Under the pieces are notes generated by a model. The model saw only the letters and a list, made by a program, of their open reading frames with translations, was not told the DNA's origin and made no database searches. Both the position numbers and the translations under genes were made by a program. From the NCBI GenBank assembly GCA_965235115.1, contig OZ249437.1, positions 46,934,001 through 46,998,000 of the forward strand: DNA of 64,000 nucleotides, given 5' to 3'. The number at the start of each line of letters is the position of its first letter. Position 1 is the first letter of the stretch. Positions 52,601 through 64,000 of this stretch are shown here, piece after piece. Source of the stretch: Laetmonice hystrix (lineage: Eukaryota).

Positions 52601-53219
52601 CTTTGATTTGATTCGTACCGACGTCTTTGTTACAGTCATAATCATACAAGAGACAGCAAAATGAAACAAAAGGAGACCATAAAATGAAATGACTCGAAAA
52701 TCCTCTTCAGTCATGTGCAGCTGCTATTGCTATTACCCAAATTAAATCCGCTATATTAGTCGACATACTAGTAATCCACTTTAGGTAAAAAAAACTTGGG
52801 GATATGTCTTGCTGGAAGAGTATATGTCGAACTGATAATTTAATAATTCCAGATCATAATTAACTAATTCAACTTATTAGGGCGGATTGTCACTAAACGA
52901 CCTGTGGAGACTTGTATGACAACTCCACTGATGAAACTAATATCAATGCTTCGATGAAACAACATTCCATCTATTTACAGAGAAAAATATCTTGCCGAGA
53001 TTAAACTTGAGCACTGAGTTCCGAGGCCGAAGACCGCAAATTGCATGTGATTATAAAAAGGAAAACAAGTGGTTGAACCAAGCAAGGAAAGTCAGCCTTT
53101 TTATGAACAGTGGACGCTTCATTTCATGGAGCTTTCTTTTCGTGTGCTTATCAATTTACATGAAAATAACACTTTCTGAATAATCCTCAAAGTATGGTGA
53201 AATCTGACTCTTCTTGACT

Positions 53220-53420
53220 TGGGGCCGGTTGTTCTCCAATTTGCCGTTTCGCCATCACAAGGAACTTCTTTATCAGAATATCTCAATCTGGCGCATCACC
53301 TGAGTCGGCTGGCGATGGTTCGACGACTGTCAACTAACTGCGGCAGATAAGAATCTGGTTAAAGCCGCCCAGCCAGAATTTCGCACCTCTTTGTGACCGG
53401 AGCACCTCAGAGAGGACACC
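53220..53420 (+). mobile_element. Decayed reverse transcriptase palm relic (DIRS/Ngaro or LTR type)
   Basis: One frame with a stop: NLPFR (53238) ... WFDDCQL (53316-53336), cf. LPFG...YLDDFL. Spacing is shorter than canonical. Confidence 0.3.
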
Positions 53421-54938
53421 CAACGGGTCCAATATGACCCAAGACTGTGCAAAATACCCCCCACTGGGGGGCGGTGGGAATAAATTGCGGCTATTTGTTG
53501 ATTTAGTAGTCGCTCTTTGTGTGCGTTTCATGTGGAGCAATTTTTATCCTTCCGTCGGACCTTTCTACCTAACCCTCGTCAGCTTTGTATATGCTAAACA
53601 TCTGGAAGTATTTATTTGTCTATGTGCTTCAAATGTAAATCAGAGCAGGCCACAATATGCCTGTATAGCTTACATCTATCCACTAGAAAGGTTGGCGATT
53701 TCTTCCTATACACTTTTATCCAAGACCAGGTGAGAAGGCCCCAAAAAGGTATGATGAAAGGGGGCATCCACCCCCTCCCAAGAAAGTAAAAACATACTAG
53801 TATATTCAAGTCTTCGTGCACGCAGTGGATAATCATGATTCGTTCACATAATGTTCTTTCACCACTAAATCATGTTAAAAACAACTTCATCATGTAAAAG
53901 TTAGTATTTATACATTCACCTTGAGAAACGGCTTTTTTCTACCTCGATAAGAATTGTAGTGAATGCACGTGGAGCTGCAAGTTTTTATCTGTACACAGTC
54001 TATGAGGACGTCACTGATTGCAAGTTATCCGAAACGTACAAATACTATTATTTTAACAGATTTTCTCCGGAGATATCAATTGATGCGGGCTCTATATATG
54101 AATTAAAGTCTATTTGACTGAAGACAAAACTGAAAATATTTAGGCCTACCTGGTATTTTGTTAAGATCGTGCTACCGTACATATATATGGGGTGGATAAA
54201 ATATACATCCCCAACTTCCAGCTTCAAGATCCCAAAAGCTATACATGATCATTCAATGAAATTTATCCGACTATAGGGAGCGTAAGTATGTGACGTTACA
54301 ATGCGAGATTCGGAGAAATGCGGTTTGGAGGCCCAAGCTGGCGACAGCCAAATTCCAGTTCTGGTCCCTTAGCATTGGTAGGCCCACTGAAAAAAAAACG
54401 TTCTCTCAACTTTAACCCGTGATAACTCCACAATTATTGTTCTCTTTGTTATCAAACTTATTATGCAGCAGAATCAACATCTATTATGTTAGAAAATATA
54501 CATTTGATACTGAGGAAATATTTAATTGTCAAAAGAGAGGCCAATATTTAAAGAGGTGTACGGATGCTGCATGTCGCCAGCTAAAGGTTCTATAACTCGA
54601 CATGTTGTCATTGGTATTTAAAGTATCAACTCAATAGCTTTGGTATTGGCAGCGGTAGTGGCACCAAAAACGACAATCGGTGTCCATAAGCGCAATGCCG
54701 GAATGTCGTGTAGTGGCAGTCCCACCACAAGACCACAGCTTTTAGCAGTACGACTACGACCACAGTGGTGCCTGAGCCTGAGCTGAGGGGAGAACCAGTG
54801 AACAGTATAGCAGATAAAATCAGATTTCAGGGGCCCTAAAATGATCATGTCCAATTGAAAATGATATTTGAAATTTATGTGTTCGCTCCTCCGCATTCTT
54901 CAAAGTATATGTTTATCTTCGTAATTTTTTGATTAATT

Positions 54939-54954
54939 TGTGTGTGTGTGTGTG
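54939..54954. repeat. (TG)8 microsatellite
   Basis: Directly visible. Confidence 0.9.
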
Positions 54955-56324
54955 AGGGGATGATGAGGTGGTTCTCATTCTGATCAGTATAATTTCTGAG
55001 ACCAGTCAGGGTGTCCTTTCTAGAGAAAAGAATAATATTGTACCATACTTATATCCATGAGCACACACTCTAGCCAACGGTGCCAAGGTAATGATGTTTA
55101 CCTGTTGTGAGTGGAAACCACTCTGTGTGTTGTCACAGCGATGACGAAGAGGCAGTACCTATCATCAACTTGGGCTATAAAGGTGGTCTACTGGTGAAAG
55201 TAAACTGCCAATAAAGAGCTGTGCAGGACTACTGCCGTCTTGGATCTCTAGACCAACCCGCTTGGCCTGTACGTATAAATACTGCTTTCTTCCCAGAGGG
55301 ATTGACCCAACCCCTGGGCCATCATCACATGCTGAGGCTCAGCACGATGAAGGATATTTCCAGTTCAAATCTCGACATGTGGAACTTTAGGGATGCTGAA
55401 AACGGTTGTCCAGCCTTCTCATCCTAACCTGTCCTAACAACGCAAAACTGAACCGGAGAGTGTTACATTTGAAGACTAGCGTAATAAATTAGTAACCGTA
55501 GGAAATACGAAGGGGTGGGGTTTTTGCCTTCATTCGCTGCCGGAGCAGCACCAGCCCCTACACTAGAAGCAGGCCCTTCACGGACAAGTTGGTTTTCAGT
55601 CTTTCAGCATTCCACCCAAGGCAGTGTTGCTGGTTGCTATGGCGATAGGGCCTACCACCTGTGACCCTTGCCCTAGGGGGTGGTTAAAACTGTTGACATG
55701 GCAGGGACACATGGCAAGCCTTCACCTGCTCTGGCTCTTTTGTTCAAGAGCATGATCTAACAACGCTGGCACACCTGATGGCCGGAGTCAGGAGGCACTT
55801 GTGGTAAACTTGGGCTTGTGTGAGAAACAGGCGTTTTTTTACTGAGAACTTACACATAAAACATTTCACACGTTACCTCTTACTGATGAACACCAAACCT
55901 TTTTCAGATACAAATAGTCCCGCAATTTCGTTTTAAGTTTACACCATGATCTGTCTAAAAAAATACGCGTCCGTAGCCGTCGGTATGTCATTCTGAACAA
56001 CTCCAAGTCATATTTGGTCATCGTTGACACTGAGCACTTCTAGATTCATTTTAAAGAGCTTTTTTAACAAATCCAAATTACTTCTGTTTAATGTAAACAC
56101 TGCCAGCTCTTCTGACCTTATGACAGTGCCAAGCTGGGTGTCTTAGAGTGACCTTTCTCCTTCTACATCCGTCACCGGCCTGCCCAAAGGTTCCTGCTCC
56201 ACTTCTCCCTATTCCTCCTACGTGGGTACCTCATGCCCCATGTTGTTATCATCTGGAAGGAACAGTTTCTCCGTTCACAGTATCCCCGGGGTATGAACGC
56301 CATCTCTCTCTGCTACCCCAAAAC

Positions 56325-57750
56325 ACACCCACCCAGCGCCACTCTCCCACCCACTGCCACATTCCCCACCCAGCGCCACACTCCCCACCCACCGCCACAC
56401 TCCCCACCCACTGCCACATTCCCCACCCAGCGCCACACTCCCCACCCACTGCCACATTCCCCAACCAGCGCCACACTCCCACCCACCGCCACTCTACCCA
56501 CCCACCGTCACTCTCCCCACCCACCGCCACACTCCCCACCCACCGCCACACTCCCCGCCCACCGCCACTCTCCCCACCCACCGCCACACTCCCCACCCAC
56601 CGCCACTCTACCCACCCACCGCCACTCTACCCACCCACCGTCACACTCCCGACTCACCGCCCCACTCCCCATCCACCGCCACACTCCCCACCAACCGCCA
56701 CACTCCCACCCACCGCCACCGCCACACTCCCCACCCACCGCCACACTCCCCACCCACCGCCACACTCCCCACCCACCGCCACACTCCCCACCCACCGCCA
56801 CACTCCCCACCCACCGTCACACTCCCACCCACCGTCACACTCCCCACCCACCGCCACACTCCCCACCCACCGCCACACTCCCCACCCACCGCCACACTCC
56901 CCACCCACCGCCACACTCCCCACCCACCGCCACACTCCCCACCCACCGCCACACTCCCACCCACCGCCACACTCCCCACCCACCGCCACACTCCCACCCA
57001 CCGCCACACTCCCCACCCACCGCCACACCCACACCCACCGCCACTCTACCCACCCACCGCCACTCTCCACACCCACCGCCACTCTTCCCACCCACCGCCA
57101 CTCTACCCACCCACCGTCACACTCCCGACTCACCGCCCCACTCCCCACCCACCGCCACACTCCCCGTCCACCGCCACACTCCCCACCCAGCGCCACTCTC
57201 CCACCCACTGCCACCGCCACACCCACCGCCACTCTCCCCACCCACCGCCACACTCCCACCCACCGCCACCGCCACACCCACCGCCACACTCCCCACCCAC
57301 CGCCACACTCCCCACCCACCGTCACACTCCCCACCCACCGCCACTCCCCGCCCACCACCTCACTCCCCACCCACCGCCACACTCCCACCCACCGCCACAC
57401 CCACACCCACTGCCACACTCCCCACCCACCGCCACACTCCCCACCCACCGTCACACTCCCCACCCACCGCCACTCCCCGCCCACCGCCTCACTCCCCACC
57501 CACCGCCACACTCCCACCCACCGCCACACCCCCACCCACCGCCACACTCCCCGCCCACCGCCACACTCCCCGCCCACCGCCACACTCCCCACCCACCGCC
57601 ACACTCCCCGCCCCCCGCCACACTCCCCACCCACCGCCACTCTCCCCACCCACCGCCACTCTACCCACCCACCGCCACTCTACCCACCCACCGCCACTCT
57701 ACCCACCCACCGTCACACTCCCGACTCACCGCCACACTCCCCAACCACCT
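56325..57750. repeat. ~1.4 kb GC-rich minisatellite, ~19-20 bp unit CCACCGCCACACTCCCCACC, extreme C/A versus G/T strand skew
   Basis: Roughly 70 degenerate units by length. Recurrent variants CCGCCACTCTACCCACCCA and CCGTCACACTCCCGACTCA. The minus strand is GGG/GGGG tracts with short loops. Confidence 0.95.
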
Positions 57751-58043
57751 CCTTACTTCAATCAACCTCCTTAGTCAATCCATCCCTACCGACCCCTTTA
57801 CATTCACACCTGCTAAGTATCTACTGTGGCCTAGAAGTACAAACTGTACACTCAACTCTCTGAGGCAAATCAGTTACCTAGAAAAACTCATATAAGACTT
57901 GAGCCATGTCAATTATATCCACTAAAATCAAGTGGAATGATTATTAACCTGAAATCATGCAATAGTCAAAGTTTCAAGCCCAAGTTGCCATATATTTCAT
58001 AAACGTTTGATAGCTACATTATCTGTTGTAAACCTATAACGTT

Positions 58044-58196
58044 GTAATCATGATTGTAATCGTAATCATTATATGGCTTGTAATCGTAATCGTCATACAG
58101 TACTGTAGTCGTACTGTAATCGTCCATTCCCAATTTTGTACCTTTTCTAAACAGTTTGTAATCGTAATCGTCCATTCGTAATCGGTCCCATGTCTG
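58044..58196. mobile_element. Probable end of a non-autonomous DNA transposon with GTAATC subterminal repeats
   Basis: About nine GTAATC copies (58044, 58056, 58062, 58080, 58086, 58116, 58158, 58164, 58178) ending in GGTCCCATGTCTG. No matching CAGACATGGG left end seen. Confidence 0.4.
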
Positions 58197-60669
58197 CCTC
58201 CCTCATTGTACCAACTTGGCCTAACGCGTGATCACGACTTGAAATGACTAAATCAGATTGAGTAATACAGTGTAAAAAAGTCAACATCAAACAAAAAAGG
58301 TTTAATCCTAATATGTCGAAAGCAACTTTGACTGTGGACGACGCCTGTCAGTGTGTTATTGCATTTTGCTGACATCGAGGGTAATATCGGGAAAGAACTG
58401 CTACGTTTTTCCAGTTGTTATTGCGTTAATATCAAGACAATTGGCAAATAAATATACATCTCCTTTTTTCAGGAGAGCTTATTCCATAATGTATTCTTCC
58501 ACCCAATCTATCCCATGCTCTTTATTCAAGAAAAGGTTCTAAGTGAACTGATCGTTTAGGTATCAGCAGTTTACTGGTCTTTTATGCTGCATGGAAATCT
58601 CTCATTCGCACTACTGCCACATGGAAGCAATTTAGTTTTTTCTTTCCTTTTTCTGTTTTTAAGGAAGGATGGACATTGAAAACCTAGGTCAGCCCTAGGT
58701 TGTGCATGGTCTATGTCATATATCTTTCGATAGATGCACTCCCATCCTCACCTAAATTATGGCGGTGGGTGAGACATTATCTATGAATCATATCTGCCTG
58801 CTGAAGTATGGCGGGAAGGATGGGGTAGTCGTCATGGCCTGTGAAGGAAACATTTAAACAGCTGTGCATGACAGTCTCTTCACAGCCCTGCTCCCCACCC
58901 CTTGTCACCTTCACATGACTCAGCCCTGTTGGATGATTATTTTACCAGATTTCACAAATACTTTTAACATATCAGACTTCTTATTAGTGAACCTCAGCTC
59001 CATTTATCATTAAGTCTGAGAGTTATGTGCAGAAATTACAAAGCTCCATGATACTAATTGGCATGTATCAGTGTATACACTGTACAGGCATGTCACCACA
59101 TGACTGGGGGTTATCTGACCAACTAAAATTGCACTGATATCATACATTATGTAAATATTACCTAAAGTAAAATTTGTAGCACAAATGTCAAAATTGTACA
59201 TCAGCTTCAAATTTTGTACATGGAAAGTGGGAGAGATGCTACCAAGTCACAAAAAAAATAACATTCAGGAATATTTACAAATTAGGCCATCGCTCTCATA
59301 ACTTATAGGCTATCTCCCCATTTTAATTTCTTTTCCCCTGCTTCTCTGGACCAAAAGAAACTTGCCAGTGTCATGTGAAAATGGGTAAAATTTCTTATTC
59401 TGCAAAATGCAACGTACGTTATCCCAAAGCAGAAAAGAACAAAATGCAGAGAGAGATGGCAGGTATAATAGAGTTAAAAAGAGCGAAAAGTTGAACAATC
59501 ATACTTATCCATTTTCACAGCCACTTTCTATAGTTCGACCGGTAGTAATTATAACCATGGGCTTGGGCCTTCTGTGTCTGGTTGTTGACAGCTATCCCAC
59601 TCCCTCTGGCCCTGCTGAGCATCCTAATTAACTATCAAATACAGTCAGACCTGGTTATAATAGGCGCTGTAAGTCCGGAGCAAGACAATGCGAGAAATCA
59701 TGTTAAATAGGCCTTAAATAGGCTCTAAAATTAAGAAAAGGACAAATATTTGAAGAGTAGTGCAGGGATCCTGCCAAGCTAATGACTGTTAAACCTATGG
59801 GAATTGTGACCTAACTTTACAATGTGGCTGCTGAATGTCACTGGGACAAACAACTTTTGATGTTGTTTCTATGGTTGCAAGAGGAGACTTACAGCCCCTA
59901 TATGCCTACCTTTCCAAAATGGATTATTTTCTAATAATTTAGAACTACAAAATGGTGGAAAATCTGTAGAGTCTTATAAGTAGGCAAAATGCAATACTTT
60001 GTACTAATTCAACTTAAGAGACAATTAGTCCAAGATTATGTTGACACGGTCTCCATTTCGATAACTACATTTTTGGCAGTATGCGCCCCAAAAAGAAAGT
60101 ATAATTTTTAAAATTTTAATTTATTTTCTTCTTTATTTTTTAATAGGGCTTAGTTTCTTGATGGTAGGATTCTCACAGCCATGGAAAATAATGAAATTCA
60201 TATAGTCATGGATTTTTGCCTTTTCTCAATAAGGTATGGAAAATTGATATTTCATGGAAAAAGCATGGGTGATTGGGTGTAGACAAGTGGCGGCTGAAGC
60301 CTCCCCAAATTTTGAGAGCCATTAATTTTAAAGATAAAGAAAAAAGGCTTATAGGCAATACTGCCAATAGCCTAAACTAGTAAACAATTTAGACTTTTTA
60401 GCCTCCCTAAATTTCAGTTTTCCAATCGTGACTTTTATCCCCCTCAAATTTTAGAAGACTTCCATGAAAAGTCATGGTTTTTTGCACAAACCATTCCGTG
60501 CACAAATATTTTAGTTAGGATTAGCCTAGGGCAGGCCTGATTTTCAAGTCTGGAGCCATAACTACGCCAGTTCCAACTGCCCCACCCCACCTAATATGAC
60601 TATAGTCTATGCCAGTTTAAATACGGCTGCTAACCCTCTGCCTGAATCAGATGAAGATTTGACACTTAC

Positions 60670-60746
60670 CCACGCGTACAGAGCTCCCCGCCCCCAGCGT
60701 ACCCCAGCGCATGCAGCAGGCTGCCGATCGCTTCAGTGAGCAGCAT
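60670..60746 (-). CDS. Candidate first coding exon (MLLTEAIGSLLHALGYAGGGELCTR)
   Basis: ATG at 60746, open to TGG|gtaagt consensus donor, in a GC/CpG-rich patch just downstream (minus sense) of the candidate promoter. Confidence 0.2.
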
Positions 60747-60959
60747 TCACAACAACATACCCGCCTCCTCCACGTGGTCGGCTAAGGCGTTCTGCAAGTC
60801 GACATGGACGCCCTGCCTAACACAGCGCATATCTCCGTCAGTGGGTCAACCAGTGGGGATTGGTTGTACCCATTCCGTTCACATGTTGTTCGCCGGTCAC
60901 AATAGAGTCACAGTTCAAACACCTACGGTTGGTAACCGACAGCTCCGAGGTGACAACCG

Positions 60960-61080
60960 CAGACTAATGACACTTAATCTGGCGATACCTCGTCACCATT
61001 AAACCCGACGCAGCCACAATGCATGCTGGGAGGGCACCTGCACATTACTGCGCGTTGGCTGGCCACTTTGCATCCATCGA
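60960..61080 (+). mobile_element. Possible tyrosine-recombinase C-terminal relic
   Basis: DAATMHAGRAPAHYCALAGHFAS (cf. GAATTAAAAGVPAHLIK.LGRW.S). Confidence 0.2.
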
Positions 61081-61199
61081 TACAAAAGTAGTTCCCCTGC
61101 AGATCGATTAGGCCGCATGAAATTGAAACGTAACGTAGCTTTTATGTAATAGTTATAGTTCATTTGACATCTACAAACATTTCTGAGGCAGTTGTACAT

Positions 61200-62410
61200 T
61201 TGTATTGCATCAGTTTATGCGGATATCAGTGTTTGTTGCGGGTGAATAAAATGGTTCGAAAAATTCGGCTGCTACAGCTTTTCTGAGGGGCGTTCAATTT
61301 TCACAAGCGTAGCGTACGTTCCGAACGTTCGCTTGCTCCGTACATGAATTATTTAGCGCCAGCACATGGCGTTGGGCGTTGTAAATCATAGAAAAGGGTC
61401 GGTAGGCTGTTCTGCCAGTCGCATAGGCCCTACAGTTTATGGTCTGACAAATGATGAAATCACTAGTCAGTTTATAATTAGCCAGACCAATCAACAGTTG
61501 GCCTACATTTTCTGAATAGAAATAAGCCTATGCTAAGTAATGAATGGACAAAGTGGGCTTCAGAGGCGGCAATTTTGAGACAACCACTAAGGTTTAAAGG
61601 CCTACACTCTACAGGCTACAAATGTTATCCGCCGAGGGGCTTAGCCTGGCTATGGTAAGGTCCTCATGCAGAGGAAGGGGGCTTTTAAGGGGCCATCCTC
61701 CCCCCCCCCCCCCAAAAAAAAGAAAAGATTTGAGCTCCTGACTCCAGTGATTAGGCCTAGCCTACATGACGCTAATAAAGACGGAACAGTGAATTAAGTT
61801 TATCCAGGATTTTGTCTTTTTATGATGCTATCAGGCCTATAATCCGGGCATTCTTGAAAACAGCCGGGGGACGCATTTATTAAAACACGTAGGGCCTATG
61901 TTTATAACTAGCCTATATTTTCAAATGACAAAAACGACAAAGCATGGGTCTAACAATATTTATTTATTTTTATATCACAGTATACTGAGTGGCATGCGGA
62001 ATGAACGCCATTCTGGGTATGTGCAGTTATATGGTACAGGACGGACAGCTGGTATACCGGTACCGTATATGTCACAAAGCACAACTTTGGTCATAAAGCA
62101 CAACTCTCGCACAATCTGACATGAAAATCTGGTCGGCCTATTTATAAGCGCTCTGTATGTTGCTGGCAATGGTCCCTGTCTCTGTATAGGTAGACTTAGT
62201 TTTCTACTAAAAAAACCCACAGGCAACTGGCAATATGCCTACCCTGGAGAAACTTGGTTTTTATTCCACCCTCCTTCAAAAACGCTAAATGTTACAGTTA
62301 TTAACGTTACTAGTATATATTAATGTTTATCAAACGTTCTTCCCAGCAGGAACGTAATATTAAACAACACGTCCTCCTGAAGGTAGGAAACATAACGTAG
62401 GCCTACTATA
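61200..62410. promoter_or_regulatory. Candidate promoter / 5-prime region: CpG-rich patch plus AGGCCT/TAGGCCTA cluster
   Basis: CpG-dense 61240-61380 with YY1-like ACATGGCG (61364-61371). Exact AGGCCT at 61598, 61753, 61833 and 62399, plus about eight further GCCTA/TAGGC near-copies. Confidence 0.35.
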
Positions 62411-62531
62411 TTCTAACTATAAAAATATGAGCAGGCCAAGTTGATCAATTCGACATGGGACATTATTTATTTGTGTCTGCTGACTAACGGTGGCATTCTT
62501 CTGTCCATTCTGCGGCCCCCTTCGTGTTCAG

Positions 62532-62611
62532 GTCGTCGGGCTGGAGGAGATGGTTGGGGGACGTGAACCTCCCCTGAGTGACCACCAACAACGTCCTCCT
62601 CTCTTTGCCTG
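62532..62611 (+). CDS. Candidate exon with ATG in good context (MVGGREPPLSDHQQRPPLFA)
   Basis: Branchpoint CTGACTAAC at 62480-62488, ttcag acceptor, GAGATGG at 62547-62553, CTG|gtactt donor. The neighbouring FAWYFGF could instead be a recombinase relic. Confidence 0.2.
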
Positions 62612-64000
62612 GTACTTCGGATTCTGCCCGACTTCGGCCTGCCGTCAGAACCGGGACCTGCAAGGAAAGGAGTTATTCTCACACTGCTACTCACATTATT
62701 CATCACGACACTGAGACTGGCCAGGAGTATGGATTTATATCCATGAAGGTGATCCTTTGTATGGTTATGGAAGTGGAAGCACAGCAATAATATTCTCCAC
62801 AAAAATTACTGAAGTCGTGTGTTTTAAAATAACTTTTTTTGAACCATTCAATGCTGTCGACTTCAAGTAAGATAACTTATGCCGAACAATGAAAGCGCTG
62901 GCTGACAACAAATGTGAAAATTGAATATAATTTGAATCAAGTTTTATGCAACTGTTCTGACACATAAACAGTCTACTTGTTTTATCTGAATCGGTTTTTA
63001 AATCCCATTATTCTAAGACTGGTAATCCTGTATGGACATGAGTGTGATACGTAGTTAGTTTTCGCCATTATTTCTGGCCAATACTTCTGCAGTCACATGC
63101 GGAATTATACAGCTAAAGCAGCTAGTTATACCAATGAAATCTAGGTCATCAATTATTTAAATTCAATAAGACAATTCTTTATAATGAATCTGAATATGCA
63201 TTTCATGCTACGATGTTTCTTTTTGTCTTGCAGGGTTAATTACACCATTACCTTTCACGCAAAAATATTTTAATTTTGTGATCTGAGCCGTTTCTGGATC
63301 TATCCTATTTACCATTTAGGGATAATCTAGGTTGTGAAGGATCCTCCTTTGACTGTCGCGACTTTCTAGAAACAGTACAAATAAAAAGACGATAAGCAGT
63401 ACACTCTGATGAAAAGTATAGTATCACTATATGTTAAAGGACATTTGAAACATTAAATTTAGTTGGTTATACCATCCATACACCAGGAAATCAATCCTTA
63501 GTTTACCTCAGTGACAATTAACTTACCCGTTGGGAGTGTCTCCCATACAATGTCTTGTCTTTTCATACAATGACACTTACTTGGCACTTCCTTTTCTGGA
63601 CGGAGGACCTTCGGTCAAATCAATGTGCTCTTTTCCCGGAACTGAAATATATCAAACCAATATGTTTTCTTATGTTTGAGATTAAACAAACATTATTTTG
63701 CAAAAATGATGAATATTTTGCCTGTGTTTTATTTGTAGATTATTTATTTGTAGATTATGAGGTAGTCCACTGACCGTTATTATAGTTACAATTTCTATAA
63801 AATAACATCACTGGATAGGTCGTTTTCACATACTCTGATTCAAAACACCTTTTCACGAAGAGTTCCTTCTCAAGTTATACCTACTGTGTACAAATGGCAC
63901 ATTATACCATTATCTACAATCTTAAAGGATTCAAAAAGAAGAAATATCCGATAGGAAGAACCATTCTGGGGCGCTATCGTCAGCTCAGAGCTACTCCATG

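Noticed and set aside
54960-54999. C/D box snoRNA-like ATGATGA...CTGA...CTGA
   Set aside because: Only ~40 nt from box C to the last CTGA, too short, with no terminal stem or recognisable rRNA guide.
56148-57863. 571-aa, 513-aa and 331-aa ORFs (Pro/His/Thr-rich or Gly/Trp/Val-rich)
   Set aside because: They lie wholly in the minisatellite, whose composition almost excludes stop codons. All frames on both strands are open and unit lengths of 19-20 nt shift frame constantly, so this is not a mucin or extensin gene.
1-64000. A prokaryotic-style novel operon or defence system, or a single assembled multi-exon gene
   Set aside because: There is no gene-dense coding sequence or long non-repeat ORF. 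The exon candidates can be chained in several mutually incompatible ways, none matching a protein I recognise.

Overview
This is eukaryotic (animal) genomic DNA, roughly 40-45% GC by eye. It is most likely an invertebrate deuterostome such as an echinoderm, inferred only from the SINE/MITE style, long poly-C/G runs and a TAGGCCTA cluster. It contains no prokaryotic operon, CRISPR array, rRNA or intact tRNA, and I cannot confidently name a protein-coding gene. The supplied ORFs are short chance ORFs, decayed transposon relics, or artefacts of a 1.4 kb C/A-rich minisatellite. The window reads as intronic or gene-desert DNA. Best-supported features: a dimeric 31/62-bp minisatellite (27.3-27.9 kb), a 43-bp triple repeat (30.7 kb), a G-quadruplex-prone ~20-bp minisatellite (56.3-57.75 kb), a tRNA-derived SINE (40.5 kb) and a MITE-like insert with a telomere-like core (44.2 kb). 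Less certain: many heavily decayed retroelement relics (DIRS/Ngaro tyrosine-recombinase, CR1/L2 LINE, Gypsy) recognised by eye from broken motifs, about six CTCF-like motifs, enhancer-like motif clusters, a candidate promoter near 61.2-62.4 kb, and short candidate exons with good splice signals but no confirmed identity. All homology calls come from remembered consensus motifs, not database searches. I do not see clear evidence of a novel multi-gene system; the findings are ranked hypotheses.
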